The notes under the pieces were generated by a model, which did not search any database, had not been told where the DNA came from, and saw nothing but the letters and a program-made list of their open reading frames with translations. Positions 1-9,241 of a stretch of 37,653 bases of DNA are shown piece after piece. Origin of the DNA: Francisella tularensis subsp. holarctica (GTDB taxonomy: Bacteria > Pseudomonadota > Gammaproteobacteria > Thiomicrospirales > Thiomicrospiraceae). The stretch covers positions 1 to 37,653 of the forward strand of contig CAMCGI010000001.1 of the NCBI GenBank assembly GCA_945874205.1. Reading direction: 5' to 3'. Every line of letters begins with the position of its first letter. Position 1 is the stretch's first letter. The translations under genes were made by a program, and so were the position numbers.

Positions 1-459
1 CTCTTGGTAATAACGCGGCTGCATCGCCCCTTCTAAATGAAACGGAATGTTGCGTAAGTCATGCCCCAGCGAGGTTAAGCCATCGTAACGATTGAGCAGT
101 TCATCAGGCGTGGGGTAAAAGTCGATGTAATCGCCCTTACCTTCTTGCAAGTCGAAAGCGTAGGTTTGTTTGCCATTACTGGAAAAGACAAAGCGAATCG
201 CGAGTTTTTGCGCGTAGTCGATGGCTTGTTGCAAGCCTTTGGTTGGGTGCTCGCTGGCTTTTTTCGCTTCGACCAGTGCCAAATAGCGGTTGTCTTTGTG
301 CAGCAAATAATCGACAAAACAGCGTTTGCCGCGTTGACCACCCGCTAACTTACGCCCATCGGTGAAATAGTGTTCACGAATAATGTGCTGCGCCGTCCAC
401 CCCGCCGCAACTAACGCAGGGTCGATATAATTAGCTCGGGTATCAGATTCGGATAACAT
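1..459 (-). CDS. hsdR: Type I restriction enzyme R subunit (HsdR/Res-family nuclease-helicase). Only the N-terminal 153 codons are present; the gene runs off the left edge.
   Basis: Absent from the ORF track because no stop lies in the window. Reverse-strand translation from the ATG at 459-457 is open to base 1: MLSESDTRANYIDPALVAAGWTAQHIIREHYFTDGRKLAGGQRGKRCFVDYLLHKDNRYLALVEAKKASEHPTKGLQQAIDYAQKLAIRFVFSSNGKQTYAFD...MQPRYYQE. The SExDTRxxxIDPxLxxxGW opening, the D...E-x-K nuclease core (VDYLL...LVEAKK) and the RxYQ helicase Q-motif are typical of HsdR N-termini. Confidence 0.7.
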   Translation of the reverse strand, partial: MLSESDTRANYIDPALVAAGWTAQHIIREHYFTDGRKLAGGQRGKRCFVDYLLHKDNRYLALVEAKKASEHPTKGLQQAIDYAQKLAIRFVFSSNGKQTYAFDLQEGKGDYIDFYPTPDELLNRYDGLTSLGHDLRNIPFHLEGAMQPRYYQE

Positions 460-583
460 CTCGTCACACGCTGTTAAATGATTGGAAGCATGATAACACA
501 AACATAAAAATAACTCTGAGCCGAATATTAAGAAATCGCGCAGAAAAAAACCACATAAAAAAGGGTTTAATAAAATTTGTAAT

Positions 584-613
584 AAAAAAGCCTGTAAAAA
601 AACAGGCTTTTTT
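584..613. terminator. Rho-independent terminator hairpin flanked by an A-run and a T-run, so usable on both strands. It lies downstream of the MCP gene.
   Basis: The stem agcctgt (589-595) pairs with acaggct (603-609) around a 7-nt A loop. A-tracts lie 5' and tttt lies 3' (610-613). The reverse complement is equivalent, and the hairpin sits 20 nt past the MCP stop. Confidence 0.6.
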
Positions 614-632
614 AGCACTCACGTTAAAGGCA

Positions 633-2645
633 TTAGCGTCTTGGTAATGCCAAACGCTGTCCCATTGTATGCTGTCCTGATACTTTTAATCGACTCACTG
701 CCTCAACAAGTCTATCCGCTTGCACTTGCAGTTGATCGGCTTGCGCTGTTGAATGCATTGTTTGCGCCACATTGTGTTGCAATCCTGCATCTAATGTACG
801 AATCGCTTCGCCAACTGATGACATACCACCTGCCCGTTGCTGGCTTGTGCTTGCCATTTCGGCAACCAAAGCACTCACCTGCCCAATACTGGCATTAATT
901 TGCGCTAATTCACGTCCTGATTGTTCGACTTGAGCAGTCCCTTGTCCAATTTGTGTTACAGTGTTATCAATTAATGATTTGATATCTTTAGCTGCATCGG
1001 CAGACTTGCCTGCCAGTGCGCGAACTTCACCCGCAACGACAGCAAAACCACGACCCTGTTCTCCCGCACGCGCAGCCTCAACGGCAGCGTTTAATGCCAA
1101 TAAGTTCGTTTGAAAAGCGATACCATCAATTAATCCGACAATATCGGCCACTTTTTGACTTGACTCACGCACATCTGCCATTGCTTGAATCGCAGCCTGC
1201 ATGGTTTTTTCACCTTTAGCAGCTTGTGCTTGCGCTGTTGCTGTTAGGCTATTGGCAGATGCTGCACGTCCCGCGCTTTCTTTAACAGTACTAACAACCT
1301 GTTGTACAGAGTTAGTCATTTGTTCCATTTCAGCTGTTTGTGTTTGCATCTGATGTGCAATTTGCTGATTGGCATCGCTAATAGCATGGGTTAAAACACG
1401 CATATCACCCGCTGCAGACATGACATCTGTCACTAAGTTCCCTAAATTTTGCATAGATTGATTTAGATCACTTTGTAAACGCGCCAAATCACCTTGAAAA
1501 TTACCTGTCATTGGCTGAGATAAGTCGCCTTGTGCCATACGTCCAGCTGTTGCCTGCACGAGGGCAATCCCCTGTTGCATAGCATCTAATCCCAAGTTAA
1601 CATCTTGCTTCAGTTGTTGCCATTGACCTGGTAAGTTAGCCGTTAAACGTTGCCCGAAACTGCCTTGCGCCAATAGCTGCATAATTTTACCCAAATCACC
1701 CACAACCCCTTGTAAACTTGTCATGGTCGCATTGACTTGTGCTGGCAACTCACCCGTGACCCCCTCAGAAATACGTACTGATAAATTACCCTGCGCTAAG
1801 CCTTGCATAACCTGAGATAATGACTGCATTGTACGCGTAACACTTTCTGCTGACGCATTAACACCTTGCTGTAGTTTTGCTAAATCTCCCGAAAAGCTTC
1901 CTGAAACACGTTGGCTAAAATCACCTTTTGCAATACCTTGCATCACGCCACCAATTTGAGCAGTTGCGTTGTGTAGCTGTGTTAACATCGCATTGAGCGC
2001 ATCGTTTGTTTCGTTTTTATAAGCATCAGGCACACGTAATCCATAATCACCACTTGCAGAAACTTGTGTGACAATAGCCGAAGCTGCAACACTTTGCTCG
2101 CGCTCTGCACGCATCATAATCGCAAAATAGATTAATGCAGCTGACTCAAATACCACAAAAAAAGCATGTAAAAAGGTAATACCCCATCCACAACCGTAGT
2201 TAAAAATAGTGATTGGCATATCACCTATGCTTGCACCTTGCATCTGTAGGGCATTGAGCAATAAATGATGAACAGCAATGACACCCGCGGGAACAACAAC
2301 AGTTAACCAATCGCGATAAATTAGCATTAACGCCAAAGCAGCAAAAATATGAAAGTGCATTTCGATACGACCCAATTGGGCTTGAATCAGAATAGCAGAC
2401 ATGAGCATAAATAATGCCCCCATAAGCGCACCAAAAGCACGTTGTCCACGCAGAACCATAAATCCTACGATACCCACTGTTGCCACTAATAAAGAGGCAA
2501 CCACAGCAAAACTGCTCGTACCCATGCCCCATGGTGCCAAAAACATAGTAAACGGCAAGTGCGCTAGTAAAATACCGAGCATTAAGCGGTCGATTTTTAA
2601 TCGATCTGCTTGCTCAACTTGACGCATTGTTGTGTCTAATATCAT
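633..2645 (-). CDS. Methyl-accepting chemotaxis protein with an N-terminal six-TM His-rich module and a poly-HAMP array
   Basis: It carries the invariant MCP hairpin [44 protein letters not shown]. Residues ~20-178 form six hydrophobic segments with His at 29, 97, 99, 126, 127 and 160. Residues ~190-415 are five 42-45 aa HAMP-like repeats (GDYGLRV, GDFSQRV, GNLSVRI, GSFGQRL, GDLSQPM). Confidence 0.9.
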   Translation of the reverse strand: MILDTTMRQVEQADRLKIDRLMLGILLAHLPFTMFLAPWGMGTSSFAVVASLLVATVGIVGFMVLRGQRAFGALMGALFMLMSAILIQAQLGRIEMHFHIFAALALMLIYRDWLTVVVPAGVIAVHHLLLNALQMQGASIGDMPITIFNYGCGWGITFLHAFFVVFESAALIYFAIMMRAEREQSVAASAIVTQVSASGDYGLRVPDAYKNETNDALNAMLTQLHNATAQIGGVMQGIAKGDFSQRVSGSFSGDLAKLQQGVNASAESVTRTMQSLSQVMQGLAQGNLSVRISEGVTGELPAQVNATMTSLQGVVGDLGKIMQLLAQGSFGQRLTANLPGQWQQLKQDVNLGLDAMQQGIALVQATAGRMAQGDLSQPMTGNFQGDLARLQSDLNQSMQNLGNLVTDVMSAAGDMRVLTHAISDANQQIAHQMQTQTAEMEQMTNSVQQVVSTVKESAGRAASANSLTATAQAQAAKGEKTMQAAIQAMADVRESSQKVADIVGLIDGIAFQTNLLALNAAVEAARAGEQGRGFAVVAGEVRALAGKSADAAKDIKSLIDNTVTQIGQGTAQVEQSGRELAQINASIGQVSALVAEMASTSQQRAGGMSSVGEAIRTLDAGLQHNVAQTMHSTAQADQLQVQADRLVEAVSRLKVSGQHTMGQRLALPRR

Positions 2646-2647
2646 AG

Positions 2648-3268
2648 TTATTCCCTTTTTAAGCTAATTAGTTTTTCAAAATCTCTATTCATTTCATCGG
2701 CACGTAAGTGCTCTCCTGTATAGACAAGTTTAATTTTGCCATCAGGCGCAATTAAAAATATCTCTCCACTGTGTGCAATTTTATACTCAGTTGCATGCCA
2801 ACTCCCCTCGCGCATGGCTCTTGCCTGATAGGCATTAGATAGCGTTTGTGCTTCTGCTAAAGAGGTGGGTAAAAGCGCGTAAAAACTGGGTAATGCTAAA
2901 TTATCAATCGTTGCATGTAATTCTTCGGGTTTATCACGCTCAGGATTTAAAGTAATAAATATAATTGAAACAGGCTTATTCGCTAACTGTTGCCCTAATA
3001 AAAACAAAGTCACCATTTGTGCCTGACAATAACCGTCACACCGTAAATAGCCAAAATATAAGTACACATAACGACCCAAAAATTGATGCAGTGTCACTTG
3101 CTCTCCTGTTGCTGAAACGAGCTGAAAATCAGTTGCAGGTACATCAAGCCAACGCCCGTGAAAGCCTTTATCCATAAGCCACACTTGCAAAATAGGCAAA
3201 GCGATCAACACAGCTGCAGCTAACATAAAAACAGGAATCCATATCTTAGGATACTTACGTTTAAGCAA
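2648..3268 (-). CDS. SCO1/SenC/PrrC-family thioredoxin-fold (copper-binding) protein, membrane anchored
   Basis: It has an N-terminal hydrophobic anchor ([19 protein letters not shown]), a CxxxC motif in [11 protein letters not shown], and the downstream conserved His in [15 protein letters not shown]. Its TAA stop lies 2 nt before the MCP ATG. Confidence 0.75.
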   Translation of the reverse strand: MLKRKYPKIWIPVFMLAAAVLIALPILQVWLMDKGFHGRWLDVPATDFQLVSATGEQVTLHQFLGRYVYLYFGYLRCDGYCQAQMVTLFLLGQQLANKPVSIIFITLNPERDKPEELHATIDNLALPSFYALLPTSLAEAQTLSNAYQARAMREGSWHATEYKIAHSGEIFLIAPDGKIKLVYTGEHLRADEMNRDFEKLISLKRE

Positions 3269-3401
3269 TTAATTACTCATATTATTAGTATGTAACGATT
3301 AATAATACGCCTAATAGATAAGGCTAACAATATGGTGAGATGAAATTATTTGAGTGGGATAGAGTATAATTTTTCGGTTACATTTAGTTTTGGTATTTTG
3401 A

Positions 3402-5189
3402 TTAACATGTTATAAGCTCAGAGGCAAAAACGGCTCGATTTCTTCCCGTGTTTTTCGCTTGGTACAACGCAGTATCCGCTAAAGCATAAAGCTTATCCAT
3501 ATTTGACTCTATTGGATGAGTACAAGCAGTAGCATCAAATATAGACACCCCTAGCGACACAGTTAATGTAGGTAGTACATGACTAGCTGGATGAGGAATA
3601 TCACACATTTCAACAGCAGTTAGAATCTGTTTAGCAATTGCATGTACTTCTCTTTCATGTTCAACTAAAGAGAGAATTGCCATCTCCTCTCCTCCCATGC
3701 GAAACACCAAATCATCATCACAATGACAGCAATCTTGTAACACCTGCGCGATACGAATCAAAGCATAATCTCCTGCTTGATGTCCTTGTGTATCGTTATA
3801 TTCTTTAAACTTGTCGACGTCGATCAAAAAAAACAGCAATTGTTGTTTGTTGTGTATGGCTTGTTGCCATAATTTAGGTCCTTCGCTCATATAATGACGA
3901 CGATTGAATAACCCCGTCATTGGATCAACAACACTTAACTGTTCAAGCTCTTGCGTTCGCTTTGTAACTAACTTCTCTAATCCATCTGCATAAAATTCTA
4001 ATTCACTTGCTTGCTCTTCTAGTTCTGTCGCTTGCTCTTGCAATCTATCTATTTGATTTTCTACTGTTTCCGCAAGCTTATTCATGCCTTGTTCAAGATG
4101 GAATAATTCCATATTATAACTTACACTTTTAGGCACTCGAACATACCAGCGTCCTTGTGCAAGAAGTGAAGCAATATTTGAAATGACTTGAATTGGTTTA
4201 ACAAAAGAGCGTGAGAAAAAAAGTACAATCCATATCACAAAGCCTAATAACACTAGCACAAGACTTAAAATAACATAACGTTGTGCAATTAAAGATTCAA
4301 GCACTTCCGATGTATCTTGTTTAACTACTAATGCCATTTGTAATGAAGGAATATTGACCCAACCAGCTAATACAGGATGATTGCGATAATCAATACCTTC
4401 CCCTGACCCTTCTTCGCCTCGAATAGCACGATTTGCTGGAATATCATGATTTCCGTCGAGTAAAAAAGACTCTCTTAGCGCATGCTCATTAAAGCGTAAA
4501 GGTGCTGCTGCAACCAACTTGCCCGCTTCATTATGTTGAGAAAGCACCACTTCTCCTGTTGCACTTAACCCCATCTGACTTGCTGTGATACTGTCAAGCC
4601 AATCATTATTTAACTGCACAAATACAGCCCCCACCCACTCACCTTGAACACTCCAAACTGGCGTTGTTACAAATGAGGCAAGACGTGAAGAGGGAGCATA
4701 CCAACGATATGGTGTAATGACAGTAGTCATTAGCTTACGTACTTGCTCAAAAGCAATACCTGAAGATGTTAATTTCCATTCATCACTCGTCAAGTCTGCA
4801 CCATAGTCCGATTCTCCCATCTGACTAAATACGACTTTACCTTTTTTATTGACTAACAATAAATCGTAATAATCAGTTGAGGCGATTAACTTATGCGAAA
4901 ACTCAGCAACCATGCGTATTTGCATATCATCCGCTTCATTTATTAACAATCGCGTAACAGAGGGTAAAGCCGCAACTTCTGTTACTTGTGCTTTGACTGC
5001 TAAAACACGCTCACCAATAAGTTGTCCTTTTTCGCGCGCCATGTTATACAATTGTCCCTTTTTTTCGGCAACTAAAACGTGCTCTAAATGCCATTGCAAG
5101 CCAAATGTTAATAGGATTAAAGGCACTAGTGAGACAAATAAAAGCCAGATTAACAACTGGTTGCGCATACTTACTAAGGTGCCTGCCAT
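3402..5189 (-). CDS. Diguanylate cyclase-type sensor: TM, dCache-like periplasmic domain, TM, HAMP/coiled coil, GGDEF domain with a GGEEM motif
   Basis: Two TM segments bracket a ~270 aa region with Cache-like signatures (YYDLLLVNKKGKVVFS; GEVVLSQHNEAGKLV; DYRNHPVLAGW). The C-terminal GGDEF domain contains DPMTGLFNRR...DVDKFKEYND..GHQAGD...RMGGEEMAIL. No RxxD I-site is present (CDDD instead). Confidence 0.85.
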   Translation of the reverse strand: MAGTLVSMRNQLLIWLLFVSLVPLILLTFGLQWHLEHVLVAEKKGQLYNMAREKGQLIGERVLAVKAQVTEVAALPSVTRLLINEADDMQIRMVAEFSHKLIASTDYYDLLLVNKKGKVVFSQMGESDYGADLTSDEWKLTSSGIAFEQVRKLMTTVITPYRWYAPSSRLASFVTTPVWSVQGEWVGAVFVQLNNDWLDSITASQMGLSATGEVVLSQHNEAGKLVAAAPLRFNEHALRESFLLDGNHDIPANRAIRGEEGSGEGIDYRNHPVLAGWVNIPSLQMALVVKQDTSEVLESLIAQRYVILSLVLVLLGFVIWIVLFFSRSFVKPIQVISNIASLLAQGRWYVRVPKSVSYNMELFHLEQGMNKLAETVENQIDRLQEQATELEEQASELEFYADGLEKLVTKRTQELEQLSVVDPMTGLFNRRHYMSEGPKLWQQAIHNKQQLLFFLIDVDKFKEYNDTQGHQAGDYALIRIAQVLQDCCHCDDDLVFRMGGEEMAILSLVEHEREVHAIAKQILTAVEMCDIPHPASHVLPTLTVSLGVSIFDATACTHPIESNMDKLYALADTALYQAKNTGRNRAVFASELITC

Positions 5190-6436
5190 TGATCACCCCA
5201 TTGCTTATACCAATTGTCTTCTATTTTTTCCCAAACAGCATAGCTATGCCCAATAGGGCGTATATTAGGTGCAACTAACCCACTCGATTGCCATACAACT
5301 TTAAAACTACCATCTGCTTGTGTCTGACCAATATATGATTTTTGCCAAATATGACGATTTGTTAGGTCTACCGATATAACCCCTGTAGCACTTGGATAAG
5401 ACATTCCTGCCACGTTTCTACTAATTGTTGCACTATCTAAAACACCCGATAAATTAACCGCATTTGCCCACAAATGTACGCCATCCCACGCTGCTTTCAT
5501 GGGGTTATTAATTAAGGAATATGGAATATAGCGTTGAAAGTTTTTGATGAATTCTTTATTTTCTACCGTGTCTAACGATTGAAAATATCCCCAACTTGCA
5601 TAATGCTGCTGTGTTACAGATGCCCCCAATGAGACGATAAATTGTCGTATTTCTGTTTCGCTTAGACTAAGCGAAACAATCGGTGGTCTTTTATCGACAC
5701 TCAGTAACGCTTTAAAAAAAGCAAAATTGCTATCACCATTAATTGTATTAACAATATAATCTGGCTGACAGGCATTAATAGCAGCGGTCAAATCGCTCAT
5801 TTTATCGCTACCCAAAGGGATATAAATTTCAGCGCACACTTTCGCTCCTAAGCCAACCAATATGGGGTTAGCAATCGCGCTTGCCATGCGAGGATAAATA
5901 TAATCTGAGCCGACAATGAGCACTTTTTTTCCAAAAGCTTGGGTCATATAGGTCAAAGCAGGATAAAGCTGCTGATTCGGTGGCATGCCTGTATAAATAA
6001 CATGAGAAGACTGCTCAATGCCTTCATATTGCACAGGATAAAACAGTAATCCATCGTGTTCTGCTAATACTGGCAACATTGCTTTGCGTGATGCCGATGT
6101 CCAACCACCAAAAATAACAGGTACTTTATGGGTTACCAGTAATGTGTTCGCTTGTTGCGCAAATGTTTTTTCATTGGATGCGCCATCAGCAACGATTGCT
6201 TTAAGCGGTCGACCTAATACGCCTCCGTTTGCATTGACATCCTCAATCGCGGCTAAGGTAGCGTGTAACACTTCTTTTTCGCTAAATGCCATTGTGCCTG
6301 TTTGCGAATGAAGCACGCCAATTAGGATAGGATTTGGTTTAAACCAAATAGAAAGCCCTATACCAACCATACTCAACAGAAACGCCATTGAAACAACGTG
6401 CAAAAACACCCTATCGCCCAATTGCTGATTCCTCAC
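5174..6436 (-). CDS. UrtA/AmiC-like type-1 periplasmic binding protein (urea/short-amide binding family), N-terminally membrane tethered
   Basis: IGVLHSQTGTMAFSEKEVLHATLAAIEDVNANGGVLGRPLKAIVADGASN...IFGGWTSASRKAMLPVLAEHDGLLFYPVQYEG closely resembles UrtA/AmiC. The start is uncertain: GTG at 6436, TTG at 6421 (preceded by GAGGAA) or ATG at 6388. The 3' end overlaps the DGC start by 16 nt. Confidence 0.8.
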   Translation of the reverse strand: MRNQQLGDRVFLHVVSMAFLLSMVGIGLSIWFKPNPILIGVLHSQTGTMAFSEKEVLHATLAAIEDVNANGGVLGRPLKAIVADGASNEKTFAQQANTLLVTHKVPVIFGGWTSASRKAMLPVLAEHDGLLFYPVQYEGIEQSSHVIYTGMPPNQQLYPALTYMTQAFGKKVLIVGSDYIYPRMASAIANPILVGLGAKVCAEIYIPLGSDKMSDLTAAINACQPDYIVNTINGDSNFAFFKALLSVDKRPPIVSLSLSETEIRQFIVSLGASVTQQHYASWGYFQSLDTVENKEFIKNFQRYIPYSLINNPMKAAWDGVHLWANAVNLSGVLDSATISRNVAGMSYPSATGVISVDLTNRHIWQKSYIGQTQADGSFKVVWQSSGLVAPNIRPIGHSYAVWEKIEDNWYKQWGDQWQAP

Positions 6437-7001
6437 CGCTTAATAAGCGTTGAATATTTGACTTGTGTCGCCAAATTAACAACAGACTCATGCTCGCAAT
6501 CCCAGCAGACCAGACAACAGAGTCCGACCAGTACCAAGTAAAGATAGGGGCTAATGCCATAGCAACCAAGGCTGCCAAAGATGAAATTTTGAGTCCTTTA
6601 GCAATAAACAACCACACCAATGCACCAAATGCACCAATAGCAGGATGAAGCCCAAATAGCACACCTAACTCAGTCGCAACACCTTTGCCACCAATAAAAC
6701 CAAAAAAAACAGGCCATAAATGTCCAATAAAAGCGGCAATACCAATCATAATTATTGTTGTATCTTCTAAATTGAACCCAACAGCTAATGCAACAGGAAG
6801 ATAGCCTTTAAGCATATCACCTACAAGCGTGAGTGCTGCGGCTTTTTTGCCACCAATACGCAAGACATTAGTGGCTCCAGGATTACCAGAACCTTTTAAA
6901 CGTGGGTCTGGCAACCCCATAAGTTTACAAACAATAATAGCACTCGAAACAGAACCTAACATGTATGCCAATATAATCCACATTATTGCCATTAATTCCA
7001 T
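6411..7001 (-). CDS. plsY: Glycerol-3-phosphate acyltransferase PlsY
   Basis: GSVSSAIIVCKLMGLPDPRLKGSGNPGATNVLRIGGKKAAALTLVGDMLKGYLPV is the PlsY signature. I place the start at the ATG at 7001 (MELMAIMW...), which has AGGA 8 nt upstream. The track's longer ORF to 7079 would abut the divergent folB ATG. Confidence 0.9.
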   Translation of the reverse strand: MELMAIMWIILAYMLGSVSSAIIVCKLMGLPDPRLKGSGNPGATNVLRIGGKKAAALTLVGDMLKGYLPVALAVGFNLEDTTIIMIGIAAFIGHLWPVFFGFIGGKGVATELGVLFGLHPAIGAFGALVWLFIAKGLKISSLAALVAMALAPIFTWYWSDSVVWSAGIASMSLLLIWRHKSNIQRLLSGEESAIGR

Positions 7002-7080
7002 TCTATAATTCCTAATTATTTTATTTATCGGTTGTGCTATGCTACCCGATATTGCAACAAAAACCCAATAGAACATCATA

Positions 7081-7455
7081 ATGACAGATCAAATTTTTTT
7101 ACGTCAGTTAGTCATCCCAGCACGCATTGGCGTATTAGCCCATGAGAAAATTGCACCACAAGAGATTAGATTAGATATTCAACTTAACTTTGATACTCGT
7201 TTAGCGGCACAAACTGATCAACTCATAGACACCTTGGACTATGCTGCATTAGCACACCAGCTTGCTGTACACTGTCTAAGTCAACATGTCGAGCTGGTTG
7301 AAACCCTAGCACAACAGCTTGCCGATATTTGCTTACAAGACAAGCGAGTACATGCTGTTACGCTCACACTAGGAAAACCAGATGCCTTAGTCAATGCAGC
7401 AAGTGTTGGTGTTAGCATTCACAGAGAAAATAGCATTACCAATAATATTATCTAA
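7081..7455 (+). CDS. folB: Dihydroneopterin aldolase FolB
   Basis: The 124 aa product contains ARIGVLAHEKIAPQEIRLDIQL...DTLDYAALA...VELVETLAQQLAD, typical of FolB. It is divergent from plsY, as in enterobacteria. Confidence 0.85.
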   Translation: MTDQIFLRQLVIPARIGVLAHEKIAPQEIRLDIQLNFDTRLAAQTDQLIDTLDYAALAHQLAVHCLSQHVELVETLAQQLADICLQDKRVHAVTLTLGKPDALVNAASVGVSIHRENSITNNII

Positions 7456-7500
7456 CAATCTATTATAAAATAGCACCTAGTATTTACCCAAGGAATGAGC

Positions 7501-8427
7501 ATGACTACCCTGCATATCGCAACACGTAAAAGCCCACTCGCTATGTGGCAAGCGGAATTTGTTAAGACGCAACTTTTGGTACAGCATTCAGAATTAACCG
7601 TTGAGTTGATTGGCATGAGTACACAGGGTGATGTCCTACTCGATGTACCTTTAGCAAAAATTGGTGGTAAAGGTTTATTCATTAAAGAATTAGAAGAGCA
7701 GATGCTTGCTGGTAATGCTCAGTTGGCAGTACATAGCATGAAAGATTTACCCGCTTTTTTGCCAGAAGGTTTTGCTATTGGTGCCGTATTAGCACGTCAC
7801 AATCCCTTAGATGCCTTTGTTTCTAACACCTACAATAGCTTAGATGCTCTGCCACAGGGGGCAATTGTCGGTACATCCAGTTTACGTCGCAAAAGTCAGC
7901 TGTTGGCAATACGCCCTGATTTACAATTGCACGATTTACGTGGCAATATTCATACGCGTATGCGCAAACTCGATGAAGGTCAATTTGATGCGATTATTTT
8001 GGCAGCTGCAGGATTAGAGCGCATGAATATGCCAGAGCGTATTGCAAGTTTAATTGCTGCTGAAATAAGCTTACCAGCTGTTGCTCAAGGTGCACTCGCA
8101 ATCGAAGTATTAACGGGTGATGCCAAGACACAAAACTATGTTGACTTCTTCAACGACGCTGACACGCTTGCGTGTATCAGCGCAGAGCGTGCAATGAATG
8201 CAGCGTTAGAGGGCGGCTGCCAAGTACCCATTGGCTCATTTGCAGTACTCGAAAATGGTCAGCTTTGGTTACGCGGCTTAGTCGCTAGCCTTGATGGTAA
8301 AAACATTATTAAGGGTGAACGTCGTGGTTTGGTGAGCGATGCCGTAGCGATGGGAAATGAGTTAGCGCAAGAGTTATTATCTCGTGGTGCAAAACAGATT
8401 TTAGATGCTGTTTATGGTCGTATATGA
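7501..8427 (+). CDS. hemC: Porphobilinogen deaminase (hydroxymethylbilane synthase) HemC
   Basis: IATRKSPLAMWQAEFV...GGKGLFIKELE...HSMKDLP...GTSSLRR is the HemC signature. The track start at 7495 sits directly against AGGA (7491-7494), whereas the ATG at 7501 has 6-nt spacing, so I prefer 7501. Confidence 0.93.
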   Translation: MTTLHIATRKSPLAMWQAEFVKTQLLVQHSELTVELIGMSTQGDVLLDVPLAKIGGKGLFIKELEEQMLAGNAQLAVHSMKDLPAFLPEGFAIGAVLARHNPLDAFVSNTYNSLDALPQGAIVGTSSLRRKSQLLAIRPDLQLHDLRGNIHTRMRKLDEGQFDAIILAAAGLERMNMPERIASLIAAEISLPAVAQGALAIEVLTGDAKTQNYVDFFNDADTLACISAERAMNAALEGGCQVPIGSFAVLENGQLWLRGLVASLDGKNIIKGERRGLVSDAVAMGNELAQELLSRGAKQILDAVYGRI

Positions 8428-9158
8428 GTAACGAACTCCAGCTTTGGATTACGCGTCCTGCCATGGATGGCGAGCGCATGGCGAAAATAGCACGAGAACA
8501 TGGCATGGTTCCTTGGCAAATGCCGATACTCGATATTCTTTGGATTATGCCTGATAAAGAAGGGTTAAGGGCAATTATGAACGCAAACATGATATTGGTT
8601 ACCAGTCGTCATGCGTTAACGAGTTTAGACAAAAGTGGTATTTCTTTACCACCACATGCTATTTATGTTGCAATCGGCAAAGCCACTGCGCAAGCGCTTA
8701 CTGATCGTGGTATTGTGGCACACATACCCAAGCAAACTGACTCAGAAGGATTACTAAACGAACTGGCTTTACACTTATCCGATGGTCAGCATATTGCGCT
8801 TTTAAAAGGGGTAGGCGGGCGTAAACTTATTAGCAACGATTTACAAAAAAAAGGATTTATCGTCACTGAATTAGCACTTTATCGTCGTATTTGTAAAAAA
8901 ATAGACTCTGGTATGCTCGATACTTTTTTAAGGCAACCCTATTCTGTGTTGTCTGTTGCGAGTAGCGAAACATTAACCTGTACATTAAAAGCAACAACGT
9001 CAACGCAAGCAAGAAAATTGATTAAACTGCCTCTAGCGGTGATTAGTGAGCGTGTTGCGACCTTTGCGCGCAGCAAAGGATGGAAGGGTCAAATTGTTGT
9101 CGCACCTGAAGTTTCCTCTTTAGGGCTTATTCAAGCAGCAAGATTGGTTCAATTTTAG
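8424..9158 (+). CDS. hemD: Uroporphyrinogen-III synthase HemD
   Basis: It shares an ATGA start/stop overlap with hemC. The size (244 aa) and the LWITRP...ILVTSRHAL pattern fit HemD, whose family sequences are weakly conserved. Confidence 0.75.
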   Translation: MSNELQLWITRPAMDGERMAKIAREHGMVPWQMPILDILWIMPDKEGLRAIMNANMILVTSRHALTSLDKSGISLPPHAIYVAIGKATAQALTDRGIVAHIPKQTDSEGLLNELALHLSDGQHIALLKGVGGRKLISNDLQKKGFIVTELALYRRICKKIDSGMLDTFLRQPYSVLSVASSETLTCTLKATTSTQARKLIKLPLAVISERVATFARSKGWKGQIVVAPEVSSLGLIQAARLVQF

Positions 9159-9184
9159 GTATTTCTTGGCATTTGTTTGCTATG

Positions 9185-9210
9185 CATGATTGAGCAAGCA
9201 CTCAATCATG
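9185..9210. terminator. Perfect 10-bp hairpin between convergent hemD and mnmE
   Basis: catgattgag (9185-9194) pairs with ctcaatcatg (9201-9210) around a 6-nt loop. No clear U-run follows on either strand, so its function as a terminator is uncertain. Confidence 0.35.
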
Positions 9211-9241
9211 CTACCTTAATTAGCATTAGCACGATTAGCCA

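Noticed and set aside
7002-7079. 26-codon N-terminal extension of plsY in the ORF track
   Set aside because: The extension would start 2 nt from the divergent folB ATG and leave no promoter space. The internal ATG at 7001 has an AGGA at proper spacing and gives a normal-length PlsY.
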